Part shown: positions 27,926-36,200 of the stretch, one piece after another
How positions within the stretch are numbered: the first letter of the stretch is position 1
How the letters are laid out: each line of letters begins with the position of its first letter
Origin: a virus
Lineage: Duplodnaviria; Caudoviricetes
Strand: one strand, 5' to 3'
DNA: 39,196 nucleotides
Virus record (IMG/VR): IMGVR_UViG_3300038608_000019
Location: 1-39,196 of that record
Position numbers and translations under genes: made by a program
Notes under the pieces: generated by a model
What the model was told of the DNA's origin: nothing
What the model saw: the letters and a program-made list of their open reading frames with translations, nothing else
Databases searched by the model: none

Positions 27926-28102
27926 TTACCCCCCAAAAAGCCTGCGATATTCCTCGTGATAATCTGCCTGATATTGCCGGTAGTCGGCGTTTGTTGCGTA
28001 TCGCTCGCGCTGTTTGCGGTTGATCTCCACCCTGTTTGCCGCCCGATATTTCCGGGCCAGCTCAAGTTGCCTGGCCCGGTTTCTCTGGTAGTAGGTCATC
28101 AT
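27926..28102 (-). CDS. 58-aa Arg/Tyr-rich helical protein resembling endonuclease DNA-binding repeats
   Basis: MMTYYQRNRARQLELARKYRAANRVEINRKQRERY...; ATGA-coupled to ERF gene. Confidence 0.55.
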   Translation of the reverse strand: MMTYYQRNRARQLELARKYRAANRVEINRKQRERYATNADYRQYQADYHEEYRRLFGG

Positions 28103-28935
28103 TTACCCCACGCCGGGCAACCTACGAACTTCTCACACGCATTGCAAAATGCCCACGTATATGTCGTTTCCGGGTTGTCTGGGCACTGCCCGGGGGCCAT
28201 TTCAGTTGGTTTCGGGTCTGGAACGGCGGCGGCTGGCTCTTGTATTTTAGCCTTGACCACCTCGGCGCAGAGATAATCGTAAATACCCTTCTGGATATCG
28301 CGCGTGGACTCGCTACCGGTGATTTCGCGCAGAAAAGCCTTTATTTCCTCGTCTGTTTTGCCGGACTCTTTGGCGATTGTATAAAACCGCTTGCGCTGCT
28401 TGTCGCTGATAAGCACAGATTTGGCATTTTGGCTTGCGACGTTGCCCCGTGGCGAGTTTTCTTCTGGAGTTTGGCCGATTGTGTCGGGGATGTCATTGGG
28501 TTGTTTTGCACCATCATGTTTTGTATTGGTCTTCTTCCCAGTGGCTGCATTCCCGTCGTCGTCAACTTCGGCACAAATAGAAATAAACGATTGCAATGAA
28601 TACCGACGTAGATACGTTAAACATGAACCATAGGATTGTGGATCAGATTTTACCGGTTTCATTACAATTCTGCCCTCAAGCCACTCGCCAGATGAATGAC
28701 ATAGGCGTGTGTCCAGTCCGACCATATCAGGATGCTCGGTAAGAAACACGGGTGATTGGACTATACTCAAACCGTTATCCGTCAACGGTTTGCGACATGC
28801 TTCCCATATTGACGATAGATCGGCGTATTTTGATTTAAAAAATGGATTATCTGATTCCTTCTTGGCGTTCTCAATAACCGCCTGTGCCCTTGCTAATGCC
28901 TCTGCAAGCTTTCCGATAGTTTCTGATTGAATCAT
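28099..28935 (-). CDS. erf: ERF-family single-strand annealing protein
   Basis: NPFFKSKYADL, PQ.YGS.LTY.RRYSL, DDDGN. Confidence 0.92.
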   Translation of the reverse strand: MIQSETIGKLAEALARAQAVIENAKKESDNPFFKSKYADLSSIWEACRKPLTDNGLSIVQSPVFLTEHPDMVGLDTRLCHSSGEWLEGRIVMKPVKSDPQSYGSCLTYLRRYSLQSFISICAEVDDDGNAATGKKTNTKHDGAKQPNDIPDTIGQTPEENSPRGNVASQNAKSVLISDKQRKRFYTIAKESGKTDEEIKAFLREITGSESTRDIQKGIYDYLCAEVVKAKIQEPAAAVPDPKPTEMAPGQCPDNPETTYTWAFCNACEKFVGCPAWGK

Positions 28936-29049
28936 CTTGTGACCTCCTCTTTGCTTGCATCAGGGGTGGTTGCCCACCCCCTCCGCATCATACAACTTAT
29001 TAACCCCGGCTTTTCTTTATTTCCTGCTGGCCGGTGGCAGGGAATAAAC

Positions 29050-29340
29050 TCAACTTTTGATAGCTGCCTGAATTTCCTCGCTTATCATTTCCCTCACCAT
29101 ATCCTCAAGTGTAAAAGGAGTTACTTCTTCTACCTTTGATTCTTTAACGGCAGGAATTAAGCCATATTTATATCTGCAATCTTTGCACCATTCCCGGGTG
29201 AGTTGCATTTTTGGTTCACTGGCCCAGTGGGAATAATTGAGTTCACAGTTTCCAACAAATACTCCAACGCGATCAAGATCAATTTCATTGGTTGTGTCTT
29301 CTGCTCCACATTTGTCGCATTTGTATATTGTTGTTTTCAT
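29050..29340 (-). CDS. Zn-ribbon hypothetical protein
   Basis: YKCDKCG...WCKDC. Confidence 0.65.
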   Translation of the reverse strand: MKTTIYKCDKCGAEDTTNEIDLDRVGVFVGNCELNYSHWASEPKMQLTREWCKDCRYKYGLIPAVKESKVEEVTPFTLEDMVREMISEEIQAAIKS

Positions 29341-29379
29341 TCTGTTTTACTCCTTTCTTTTTTTATTATCACGTGGCGT

Positions 29380-29589
29380 TCATCCGGGTTCGTGCGCATC
29401 GGCCTCTTCGGCGCTTTGCCAAACACTACTGCGCGGGCAGCCCGCCACGTTTTTATATTCATTGTCTTCCTGTTCGCCATCATCAAGGGCTTTTTCTTTT
29501 TCCAGCGCCTCAATGTCGTAGCATTCCTGCGACTTTCGTCTGCCATATTCTGTGTTCAGATAACTGCAATCATGCGGATATAAGTTCAT
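29380..29589 (-). CDS. hypothetical protein
   Basis: AGGAGG RBS, ATGA-coupled. Confidence 0.45.
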   Translation of the reverse strand: MNLYPHDCSYLNTEYGRRKSQECYDIEALEKEKALDDGEQEDNEYKNVAGCPRSSVWQSAEEADAHEPG

Positions 29590-29786
29590 TTTGTTCCTCC
29601 TTTTTCGTAACACCTAAAACACATTGCCTGGTTTGCAATGTTCGTTTCTGGTTGCAATGAGTCACGCTTTAATGAGCAAACAGAATGTCGGCAAATAATC
29701 CAGTTTGGTCTTTTCCCGGTTGGCGAGATATTGTGAAAAAACTCATCTGGTTTTAGTTTCGTTTTCAAAGCCTCGGTACTTGTCAT
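29586..29786 (-). CDS. Cys-containing hypothetical protein
   Basis: ATGA coupling on both sides. Confidence 0.5.
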   Translation of the reverse strand: MTSTEALKTKLKPDEFFHNISPTGKRPNWIICRHSVCSLKRDSLQPETNIANQAMCFRCYEKGGTK

Positions 29787-30001
29787 TTCACGCCTCCCAA
29801 CTTTCTAAATTTATCTGCGATTTCTCTCATTTCTTCCGCCAATCGCATAAAGTCATTTTCACAATATGCCGGAGATTCATTCAACGCCTTTCTTTCCGTA
29901 TTTGTGACTTTCATGGCATCGGATTCTATCAATAACGCCTGTGCCTCGCATATCAGTGCATTAAATTCTGCTGACTTTTCGGATTCTGTCATTTCTTTCA
30001 T
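29783..30001 (-). CDS. hypothetical protein
   Basis: AAGGAGG RBS before ATG 30001. Confidence 0.6.
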   Translation of the reverse strand: MKEMTESEKSAEFNALICEAQALLIESDAMKVTNTERKALNESPAYCENDFMRLAEEMREIADKFRKLGGVK

Positions 30002-30051
30002 GGTGCCTCCTTTCTTAATTTTAGACACAAGTCTGGCCGTTCTCTCCGCAT

Positions 30052-30534
30052 CTATCTCCAATCAATTTCGTCTCTTGCTAATTTCCCAAGGTTGCAATCA
30101 CTACATAATATTTGTAAATTATTTTCATCTAACTCAAGTTCAGGATATTTAGACCTTGGTTTAATATGGTCAACATGTATTACAACGCCGTTTTCTTTGT
30201 AACTTCTACCGCATAATTGGCATCTGCCACCATATTTTCTCAAAACGTTATATCTTACTTTTCTCCATTCAACAGATTCATAAAAACTAATATTTTTTTG
30301 TTTTTGTTCTGTCTGAATTTTCATTATTTCATTATCAGAAAAGTAATTATGAATTTCCCTTTCTACTCTCTTGCGCGCTCTTTTTTTTATTTGACAATTT
30401 GCTAAGTTTTTGTCGTTGTCGTAAGTTTTCCCTAATGCTTTAGCAAAAGACGCCCAAGTATGTAGTATTTTTGGATCACCTTCTGACTTTTTAAGCATTG
30501 CAATAACACATGCTCTTGCTGTGGTTCTTTTCAT
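30052..30534 (-). CDS. HNH endonuclease
   Basis: FY.S.EWRKVRY.VL...GRCQLCG...IHVDHIKP...NLQILC..CNLGK; AT-rich. Confidence 0.9.
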   Translation of the reverse strand: MKRTTARACVIAMLKKSEGDPKILHTWASFAKALGKTYDNDKNLANCQIKKRARKRVEREIHNYFSDNEIMKIQTEQKQKNISFYESVEWRKVRYNVLRKYGGRCQLCGRSYKENGVVIHVDHIKPRSKYPELELDENNLQILCSDCNLGKLARDEIDWR

Positions 30535-30555
30535 TAGATACCTCCGGTTAGGTAG

Positions 30556-30620
30556 TGGTGTGGAAGGGGAACCGATTGAACCGGCAATCAGTAATTACGG
30601 ATTATAAGCCCAACCCTTCC
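30556..30620 (-). ncRNA. tRNA-like structured element
   Basis: GGAAGGG/CCCTTCC closing stem, GCCGG-TTCAA-TCGGT T-arm-like hairpin, 3' ACACCA; too short for a canonical tRNA. Confidence 0.3.
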
Positions 30621-30663
30621 ATAATTCATGTGTTTAATTTTCCACTTTTTGTCAAGTATTTTT

Positions 30664-31221
30664 TTAATACCACTGCTCCGCCATGGCTTCCGCTATTCCT
30701 TGGTATGTGCGCGACCTGTTTTTCCACCTGTCAGGGCTTGGCGGTTCTTTCCAACATTTTTGTTCTCTTCCTTCAACAATGTTTGTTGGTTTCAGCTTCG
30801 GCAGCCCCTTAAGCCATAAACATGTTGCCTTTTGATAGGGATCGCCGAACCAATAGGGTTGAATAATCTGATCGGGCCGGCGGTAAATAGTGCTCATGAT
30901 TCCTATCGGGTTTTCTATCGCTATTTTTCCAATAGGCGCCTCAACCAGGCGCATAAAGAAATCTATTCCCTGTTTCTGCCTCCCATCCGCACGCTTTTCG
31001 ACAAACCAACGGGCTCCGGACACAGCAAGATGTGTGCAAGGAGGATGGAAAATTCCCAGATCAAACTTTTCTTTTTTTAATACCTCAAAAATATCTTCCT
31101 GAAAATGCCACTGCGGATTGCCCTCTGTTGGAAGTAAATCACAAGAATATGCCTCATGTCCCCTGTTTCTAAAGGCCATAGTTACAATCTGACTAAATTC
31201 ACAGCCTATCAGAACTCTCAT
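30664..31221 (-). CDS. short phage DNA cytosine-5 methyltransferase-like protein
   Basis: VLIGCEFS, SCDLLP, HPPCT, IENP, K.TCLWLK.LP, RS.TY.GIA.AMA.QW. Confidence 0.8.
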   Translation of the reverse strand: MRVLIGCEFSQIVTMAFRNRGHEAYSCDLLPTEGNPQWHFQEDIFEVLKKEKFDLGIFHPPCTHLAVSGARWFVEKRADGRQKQGIDFFMRLVEAPIGKIAIENPIGIMSTIYRRPDQIIQPYWFGDPYQKATCLWLKGLPKLKPTNIVEGREQKCWKEPPSPDRWKNRSRTYQGIAEAMAEQWY

Positions 31222-31236
31222 CTCCTCACCATTTTT

Positions 31237-31413
31237 TCAAATCCACTTTGCGATCATGGTCAAGACGCTCGCAGCCACCAGGACAGCCATGATCCCAAGA
31301 AATACTTTTCCCGCCCTGCTGACCGGCTGGTCAAGCCATGCGTCCATTTTGTTAAGCTCAACAAAATGGTTATTCAGTTTCAGCATTTTCCACGGTTTTT
31401 TCATTGCTTTCAT
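31237..31413 (-). CDS. 58-aa protein with C-terminal TM
   Basis: ...GKVFLGIMAVLVAASVLTMIAKWI; ATGA-coupled. Confidence 0.55.
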   Translation of the reverse strand: MKAMKKPWKMLKLNNHFVELNKMDAWLDQPVSRAGKVFLGIMAVLVAASVLTMIAKWI

Positions 31414-31661
31414 CCTTTCCGGATCAATCTTGCCACCCTGTCGGAAGCTTCAAGTTCTTCGGCAGTTTCATCCTTTTTGTCTTGCTTTTTGAAAATCAAA
31501 ATACTTGTGTCTTCATCAAAACTGATCCGGCCTACCCCTGCTAATGGGTCTTCCAGTTTGTCAAACGCCGGCCTAAGTTTCTCAAACAATTCCGGATCAA
31601 CATCGTGTATACCTATTTCCCGATTACCTCCAGAGTATGCCCACATTGATAATGTCTTCAT
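31410..31661 (-). CDS. hypothetical protein, first gene of the leftward early operon
   Basis: GAGGAGG RBS downstream of consensus promoter. Confidence 0.6.
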   Translation of the reverse strand: MKTLSMWAYSGGNREIGIHDVDPELFEKLRPAFDKLEDPLAGVGRISFDEDTSILIFKKQDKKDETAEELEASDRVARLIRKG

Positions 31662-31689
31662 CTCACCCTCCTCTTGTTATTTTTATCTC

Positions 31690-31857
31690 TTCGCTTGTGG
31701 TGGCCAATCCACCCCCTAAAGTTTCCGCCTCTGCCAGCTTCGAGAGCGGAACGTCCTTTGCGGCTTACTGCGGCTTAACGAGTAGGCGCTTTGCCTGTTA
31801 TGCCCTGCCGGGCGCTCAAGCCTGAAGCCAGGAGCTTCGGGGTGTTGCTATGTTTCG
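31690..31857 (-). ncRNA. structured 5' leader of the leftward transcript
   Basis: Successive hairpins gaagc/gcttc, gccc/gggc, ttccgc-tct/aga-g-gcggaa, gtgg/ccac. Confidence 0.4.
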
Positions 31858-31862
31858 TGGGT

Positions 31863-31890
31863 ATTATACGCCTATTTTCTGGTATGTCAA
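31863..31890 (-). promoter_or_regulatory. leftward sigma70 promoter
   Basis: TTGACA-16 nt-TATAAT, both hexamers perfect consensus. Confidence 0.8.
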
Positions 31891-31936
31891 ACATTATTTA
31901 CAAAAAAGTAAAAAACATTTCACTTAAAAGCCACTA

Positions 31937-31965
31937 TTGACAAAAATGCAAAAATATTATAGTAT
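31937..31965 (+). promoter_or_regulatory. rightward sigma70 promoter
   Basis: TTGACA-17 nt-TAGTAT with AT-rich upstream tract. Confidence 0.65.
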
Positions 31966-31975
31966 AACACCCACT

Positions 31976-32146
31976 ATGAGAAAGAAACTTCTGATAAAAC
32001 TTCAAAAAGACGCGAAAAAACACGGCGTTATGGAAATGTCCCGCCGGTTGAGGTGGCCATATATGCCGTTATATCGGCTGATCACCGGCAAGAACGCCGG
32101 ACATATCACGCTTTGGGATAGAATTGAAGCATACTACAAAGACTGA
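31976..32146 (+). CDS. Cro-like HTH protein, probably near-leaderless
   Basis: 56 aa, G..EMSRRL.W.Y..LYRLI.G pattern; ATG ~10 nt after the -10 with no RBS. Confidence 0.6.
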   Translation: MRKKLLIKLQKDAKKHGVMEMSRRLRWPYMPLYRLITGKNAGHITLWDRIEAYYKD

Positions 32147-32172
32147 AGCAAACATTTTGAACTGGAGAAATT

Positions 32173-33294
32173 ATGCAGGGATTGATAAACATTAACAAAG
32201 CACAACTGCCAACGACGGTTGACGAACTTGAAAAATATATTGCCATTGGCAAAGAACAACAAAAGGCCAGACAAGCACAAATCAGGGCATACGACAAGAT
32301 TGAAGCTGCTGAAACAACCAAGAAGGCAGTCCTTGAGAACGCCCAGAACGAGGCCGATACTCTGCTTGACGCCGAGATCAAGCTGGGGGAGCTGGTAGCA
32401 AAGAGGCCGGAGCAAATTAGAAGTTCTCAAGGAGGAACCTCAAAACCCCTACCGCCCACCATCGACAAGAAAGAATCGCACTATCTTCAGGCCATAGCGA
32501 ACAATCAGGATGTTGTTGAGCAGGTTAAGGCTAAGGCAAGAGAATCCAATACACTGGCAACAGACAAAGATGTCCTTAAAGAAATAAAAAATATATCAAA
32601 CAAAGAAAAGCAGAAAAAAAGAGAACAGGATAAGGCAGAGCAGGCAAGAAAATCATCATTTCAACCAACCGTTGAGCAACGAGATTACAAAGATTGGCTG
32701 CCCGAGCAGGATCAATGCGACCTTCTTTTAACTGATCCGCCATATTCAACCGACATCGAAGACATTGAAAAGTTTGCCCCAGAATGGCTGCCTTTGGCTT
32801 TAAGCAAGGTGAAGCCAACTGGCAGGGCCTATGTCTTCATAGGCGCCTATCCAAACGAGCTGGCGGCCTACCTTGCCATAAAAAAGCCTAATCAGATATT
32901 AGTCTGGACATATCAAAACACCTTAGGGCCAACCCCTAAATTCGATTACAAGTTGAACTGGCAAGCAATCCTGTATTACAGAATGCCTGATGCACCTCCG
33001 CTTGATAGTCCCATCATGCTTGAACAGTTTTCAGTTCAGAATATCTCCGCCCCGGATGGCCGGCAAGGCGACCGATATCACCAATGGCAGAAGCCGCTTG
33101 AAATAGCCGAACGGTTCATAAGACATTCGACAAAAGAAGGCGATCTTATTCTTGACCCATTTTGTTGCACTGGGAGTTTCTTGTTAGCCGGCGCAAAGTT
33201 GAATCGCATTGCAAGGGGATGTGATATTTCACGTGAAAATTTAGAAATAGCGGGGAAACGCGGGTGTATAATAACTGGAAAAAAGACGCCATAG
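32173..33294 (+). CDS. N6A/N4C DNA methyltransferase (beta class) with N-terminal helical domain
   Basis: LLLTDPPY, H.WQKP, ILDPFCCTGS. Confidence 0.88.
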   Translation: MQGLININKAQLPTTVDELEKYIAIGKEQQKARQAQIRAYDKIEAAETTKKAVLENAQNEADTLLDAEIKLGELVAKRPEQIRSSQGGTSKPLPPTIDKKESHYLQAIANNQDVVEQVKAKARESNTLATDKDVLKEIKNISNKEKQKKREQDKAEQARKSSFQPTVEQRDYKDWLPEQDQCDLLLTDPPYSTDIEDIEKFAPEWLPLALSKVKPTGRAYVFIGAYPNELAAYLAIKKPNQILVWTYQNTLGPTPKFDYKLNWQAILYYRMPDAPPLDSPIMLEQFSVQNISAPDGRQGDRYHQWQKPLEIAERFIRHSTKEGDLILDPFCCTGSFLLAGAKLNRIARGCDISRENLEIAGKRGCIITGKKTP

Positions 33295-33806
33295 ACTCGG
33301 CCAGGGCCATTGAGTCTATCCGTGATACATATCTGCCTAAGGTGATACTTGGTAAAATCCACACGATAGAATCAATGGATAACGAAGTGCTGATCTTGAT
33401 GGATTTGAAAAGTGGAGTTGATTATATAAGAGAGGACGACTTTGGACTGCAAGGTATAGCCGCCAGGTGTCAATGGGAAAGGGTATATAACACATTCACT
33501 ATTCGTGAAAAAAGACATACAGGAACAATAACTGAACTGGAAAAACGAAAAATAGCGATTGATCGAGGATATCTTTACCCAACATTCACGCTTCAGGCAT
33601 ACTTCGACAACAGGGAAAACAACGAATTGTTATCTCTGGGAATAATTAAAACTCTTGAATTATACAATTTCGTAAAAAATAATCCTGATAAGGTTCACAA
33701 AAACAAATCTGACAATGATTTCGTCTATGTTCGCTGGCAGGATTTAGGCAATAATGTAAAAAAAATATACCGGTGCCTACCGGTTACCGGTAAAATATCA
33801 TCTTGA
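33264..33806 (+). CDS. hypothetical protein, possible PD-(D/E)XK-fold partner of the MTase
   Basis: D..SGVDY...IAARCQW...YNTFTIR; overlaps MTase 3' end. Confidence 0.55.
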   Translation: MYNNWKKDAIDSARAIESIRDTYLPKVILGKIHTIESMDNEVLILMDLKSGVDYIREDDFGLQGIAARCQWERVYNTFTIREKRHTGTITELEKRKIAIDRGYLYPTFTLQAYFDNRENNELLSLGIIKTLELYNFVKNNPDKVHKNKSDNDFVYVRWQDLGNNVKKIYRCLPVTGKISS

Positions 33807-33817
33807 GGAGGGACACC

Positions 33818-33955
33818 ATGTTAAACAAACGTGACTATCTTCGCGGTTTCACCCGTCTGGCCGTTGTCGCCGGCATCCTGCTGGCGGTGTGGGCTTTTGT
33901 TTTTCTGGCAATTTATGGGGGAGTCCGGCTGGCAGAAAGGTTCGGATTGTGCTGA
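33818..33955 (+). CDS. 45-aa single-TM protein
   Basis: GAGGAGG RBS; MLNKRDYLRGFTRLAVVAGILLAVWAFVFLAIYGG... Confidence 0.6.
   Translation: MLNKRDYLRGFTRLAVVAGILLAVWAFVFLAIYGGVRLAERFGLC
33932..33955 (+). repeat. left copy of direct repeat flanking the radical SAM gene
   Basis: gcagaaaggttcggattgtgctga; 14-nt identical core at 33935-33948. Confidence 0.7.
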
Positions 33956-33956
33956 T

Positions 33957-34868
33957 ATGAAGATCATCCGTGTATTTCCGAGAAAAACAAAAGCAACGCC
34001 TATTGATGAAAACGTCCGGATTAATACCATGCCGGGTTTTTTTGATGAGGCAGATGAAGTGCATATTTCTGTTTGTTTTACTTGGGATTTACAGCGGGCG
34101 GAATATTTAGCGAAACAATGGCGGGTTGTCGCGCCGGTTTGTATCGGCGGGCCAGCAACGGGGGAATGTGGTGGTGATTTTGTTCCTGGAATGTATTTAA
34201 AAAAAGGTTATGTTATAACGTCGCGGGGCTGCCCGAATAAATGTTGGTTTTGCTCTGCATGGAAAAGGGAGGGGCAGGTAATTCGCGAACTGCCAATTAC
34301 TGAAGGAAACAACCTTCTTGATGATAACCTGCTTGCCTGTTCTGACGATCACATAATGAACGTCTTTTCGATGCTGTCGTGGCAGAATAAGCCCGTTGAA
34401 TTTACGGGTGGATTAGAGGCCGCGAGGTTGACGTGGAAGTGGGCGCAATTTTTACGGGACTTGCGTATTAAGCAGATGTTTTTTGCATACGATACGCCGG
34501 ATGATCTTAAACCATTGCAAAAAGCCGGTGAAATGCTGATTGATGCCGGTTTCACAACACAGAGACATACTCTCCGATGTTATGTTCTTTGCGGATATAA
34601 GGGCGACACGGTTGAAGCAGCCACGAAAAGAATGATCGAAACAATAGACGCCGGATTTGCGCCAATGGCTATGTTGTGGCGGCGCGATGATGGATATAGA
34701 AATCCGGATTTTATCGGCAGTAATTTCCAGAGAGAGTGGGCGCGTCCGTCAATTATTTACGGGAAAATTAAATCATTGAAGCGGAAAGGTTCGGATTATG
34801 TTGATGAAAAGACGCAAAATCAGAATCCAATGTCGGTGCCGGTGATGCGGCAAGGTTTGGATGGATAG
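33957..34868 (+). CDS. radical SAM protein
   Basis: TSRGCPNKCWFC (CxxxCxxC), GGPA, LLDDNLLA, FTGGLEA. Confidence 0.85.
   Translation: MKIIRVFPRKTKATPIDENVRINTMPGFFDEADEVHISVCFTWDLQRAEYLAKQWRVVAPVCIGGPATGECGGDFVPGMYLKKGYVITSRGCPNKCWFCSAWKREGQVIRELPITEGNNLLDDNLLACSDDHIMNVFSMLSWQNKPVEFTGGLEAARLTWKWAQFLRDLRIKQMFFAYDTPDDLKPLQKAGEMLIDAGFTTQRHTLRCYVLCGYKGDTVEAATKRMIETIDAGFAPMAMLWRRDDGYRNPDFIGSNFQREWARPSIIYGKIKSLKRKGSDYVDEKTQNQNPMSVPVMRQGLDG
34781..34804 (+). repeat. right copy of direct repeat flanking the radical SAM gene
   Basis: gcggaaaggttcggattatgttga; core at 34784-34797. Confidence 0.7.
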
Positions 34869-34935
34869 CAAGCAGGCGGACATTTGCGCGGACTGCAAGG
34901 GGGAGAGAACGAGGAGGCTGAAAAATGGCAATTAA
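34798..34935 (+). pseudogene. small Zn-finger ORF interrupted by in-frame TGA
   Basis: MLMKRRKIRIQCRCR*CGKVWMDSKQADICADCKGERTRRLKNGN; TGA at 34843-34845. Confidence 0.5.
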
Positions 34936-35296
34936 ATTGACAGACGCGAAACTTCTGAAATTATGGGGTAAGGCCGTTATTGAACGAGCCGGATTTAAAT
35001 GTGAATACCCGGACTGCAACATCCACTACACGCAACTTCACCCGCACCACCTGTATTCAAGGCGATATGTTACCATGCGTTACAATTTGGACGCAGGCAT
35101 CGCATTATGCCCCAGTCATCATACGATGGGCGGTCTGTCGGCACACCATGATCCAGATTTCAAATCTGTTTTGGTGGCAACCGGCGTCCGGACGGAAGAG
35201 TTTTTTGACCGGCTGCGGAAAGAACGCAACCGTGTCCAGAAGAACACGGCGGCCTGGAAGCAGGAGTGCTACGAAAAACTGAAAGCATATTTATAA
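34925..35296 (+). CDS. NinG/HNH-like nuclease
   Basis: LW...V..R....CE...C...L.PHH..SR....RY....GIALC..HH. Confidence 0.75.
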   Translation: MAIKLTDAKLLKLWGKAVIERAGFKCEYPDCNIHYTQLHPHHLYSRRYVTMRYNLDAGIALCPSHHTMGGLSAHHDPDFKSVLVATGVRTEEFFDRLRKERNRVQKNTAAWKQECYEKLKAYL

Positions 35297-35311
35297 AAAA
35301 GGAGGCACAAA

Positions 35312-35947
35312 ATGAAAACGAGAAATGCTGTTATTTTTTTAATTCTGCTTACCGTGGCCGGGTGCGCCCCGATACGGGCGAATCTGGCCGAATCCGAATA
35401 TCGCCCGGATGTTAAAATCACATCACGGCAGCCTAAAGTCGCGTCTTATGTTGTCATAAATCGCGCGCCTATCACTGACTTTAAGACGACATTAGGAATA
35501 ATTACTCAGCAGCCACTACGGGCGGAAGAACCATTTGCGCAGACGGTCACATCGGACATTAAACAACTGCTCGCACAGACATTAGCGATTGACCCTGCTT
35601 CCGACATATCGGCAATTATGACCATTCATAAAGCCGATATATTTTATCTGACCCAGGATGAGCCCAATATGTTTTTCCGAATAGTATCATTTGTTCCGGT
35701 TGTCGGTATTATTTCTGCCGGAAGACCGCATAAAGTTATAGTTGATATTTATGTTTCGGTAGAATTAAGGCAAAACGGTAAAATTATCAACAATTATCAA
35801 TTTGAAAAGCAGGCGTCCATATATGGAATCTTTGCTCTTTCCAGCGACGTAAAAGAATCTTATGAAAAGATGGTGGCAGAATATCGGAATACGATACTTC
35901 CGGAATTTATAGAGCAACTTTTTTTGAGGCTGATCCCCGAAAAATAG
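35312..35947 (+). CDS. lipoprotein of unknown function
   Basis: MKTR + hydrophobic core + lipobox VAGC. Confidence 0.75.
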   Translation: MKTRNAVIFLILLTVAGCAPIRANLAESEYRPDVKITSRQPKVASYVVINRAPITDFKTTLGIITQQPLRAEEPFAQTVTSDIKQLLAQTLAIDPASDISAIMTIHKADIFYLTQDEPNMFFRIVSFVPVVGIISAGRPHKVIVDIYVSVELRQNGKIINNYQFEKQASIYGIFALSSDVKESYEKMVAEYRNTILPEFIEQLFLRLIPEK

Positions 35948-36002
35948 TTTGATATCCGGCGCGGTGTGTGCTACATTACGAACATGAGGTAAGAGACAAG
36001 GC

Positions 36003-36200
36003 ATGAACAAAGAAATAGAAAGACTCCACAAAAGGCAACTTGCAAGGCTGTTATCACATCTTGAAAAAACAGGACAACTCACTCCAGAACTTGTACAGGA
36101 TTTGAAGCGGGCTTATGGATTTGTGTTTGAAGACATTAAAAATTTATTAAAGAGACAAGGCGAGGATAAAATATGGGTAGAACAACAAAACAAGGAATAG
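36003..36200 (+). CDS. hypothetical protein
   Basis: GAGG RBS, overlaps initiator start. Confidence 0.55.
   Translation: MNKEIERLHKRQLARLLSHLEKTGQLTPELVQDLKRAYGFVFEDIKNLLKRQGEDKIWVEQQNKE

Noticed and set aside
30002-30061. EIDAERTARLV segment as a duplicate of the 31410 ORF C-terminus (EASDRVARLI)
   Set aside because: Match is too short and weak at nucleotide level
31700-31716. Second CRISPR repeat copy (gggggtggattg on the minus strand)
   Set aside because: Only a short partial match, lacking the repeat hairpin and the GAAAC end
31755-31800. c-di-GMP-I riboswitch (GGCAAA...GCAAAG on the minus strand)
   Set aside because: No GNRA-capped P2 stem or recognisable receptor/P3; kept only as a generic structured leader
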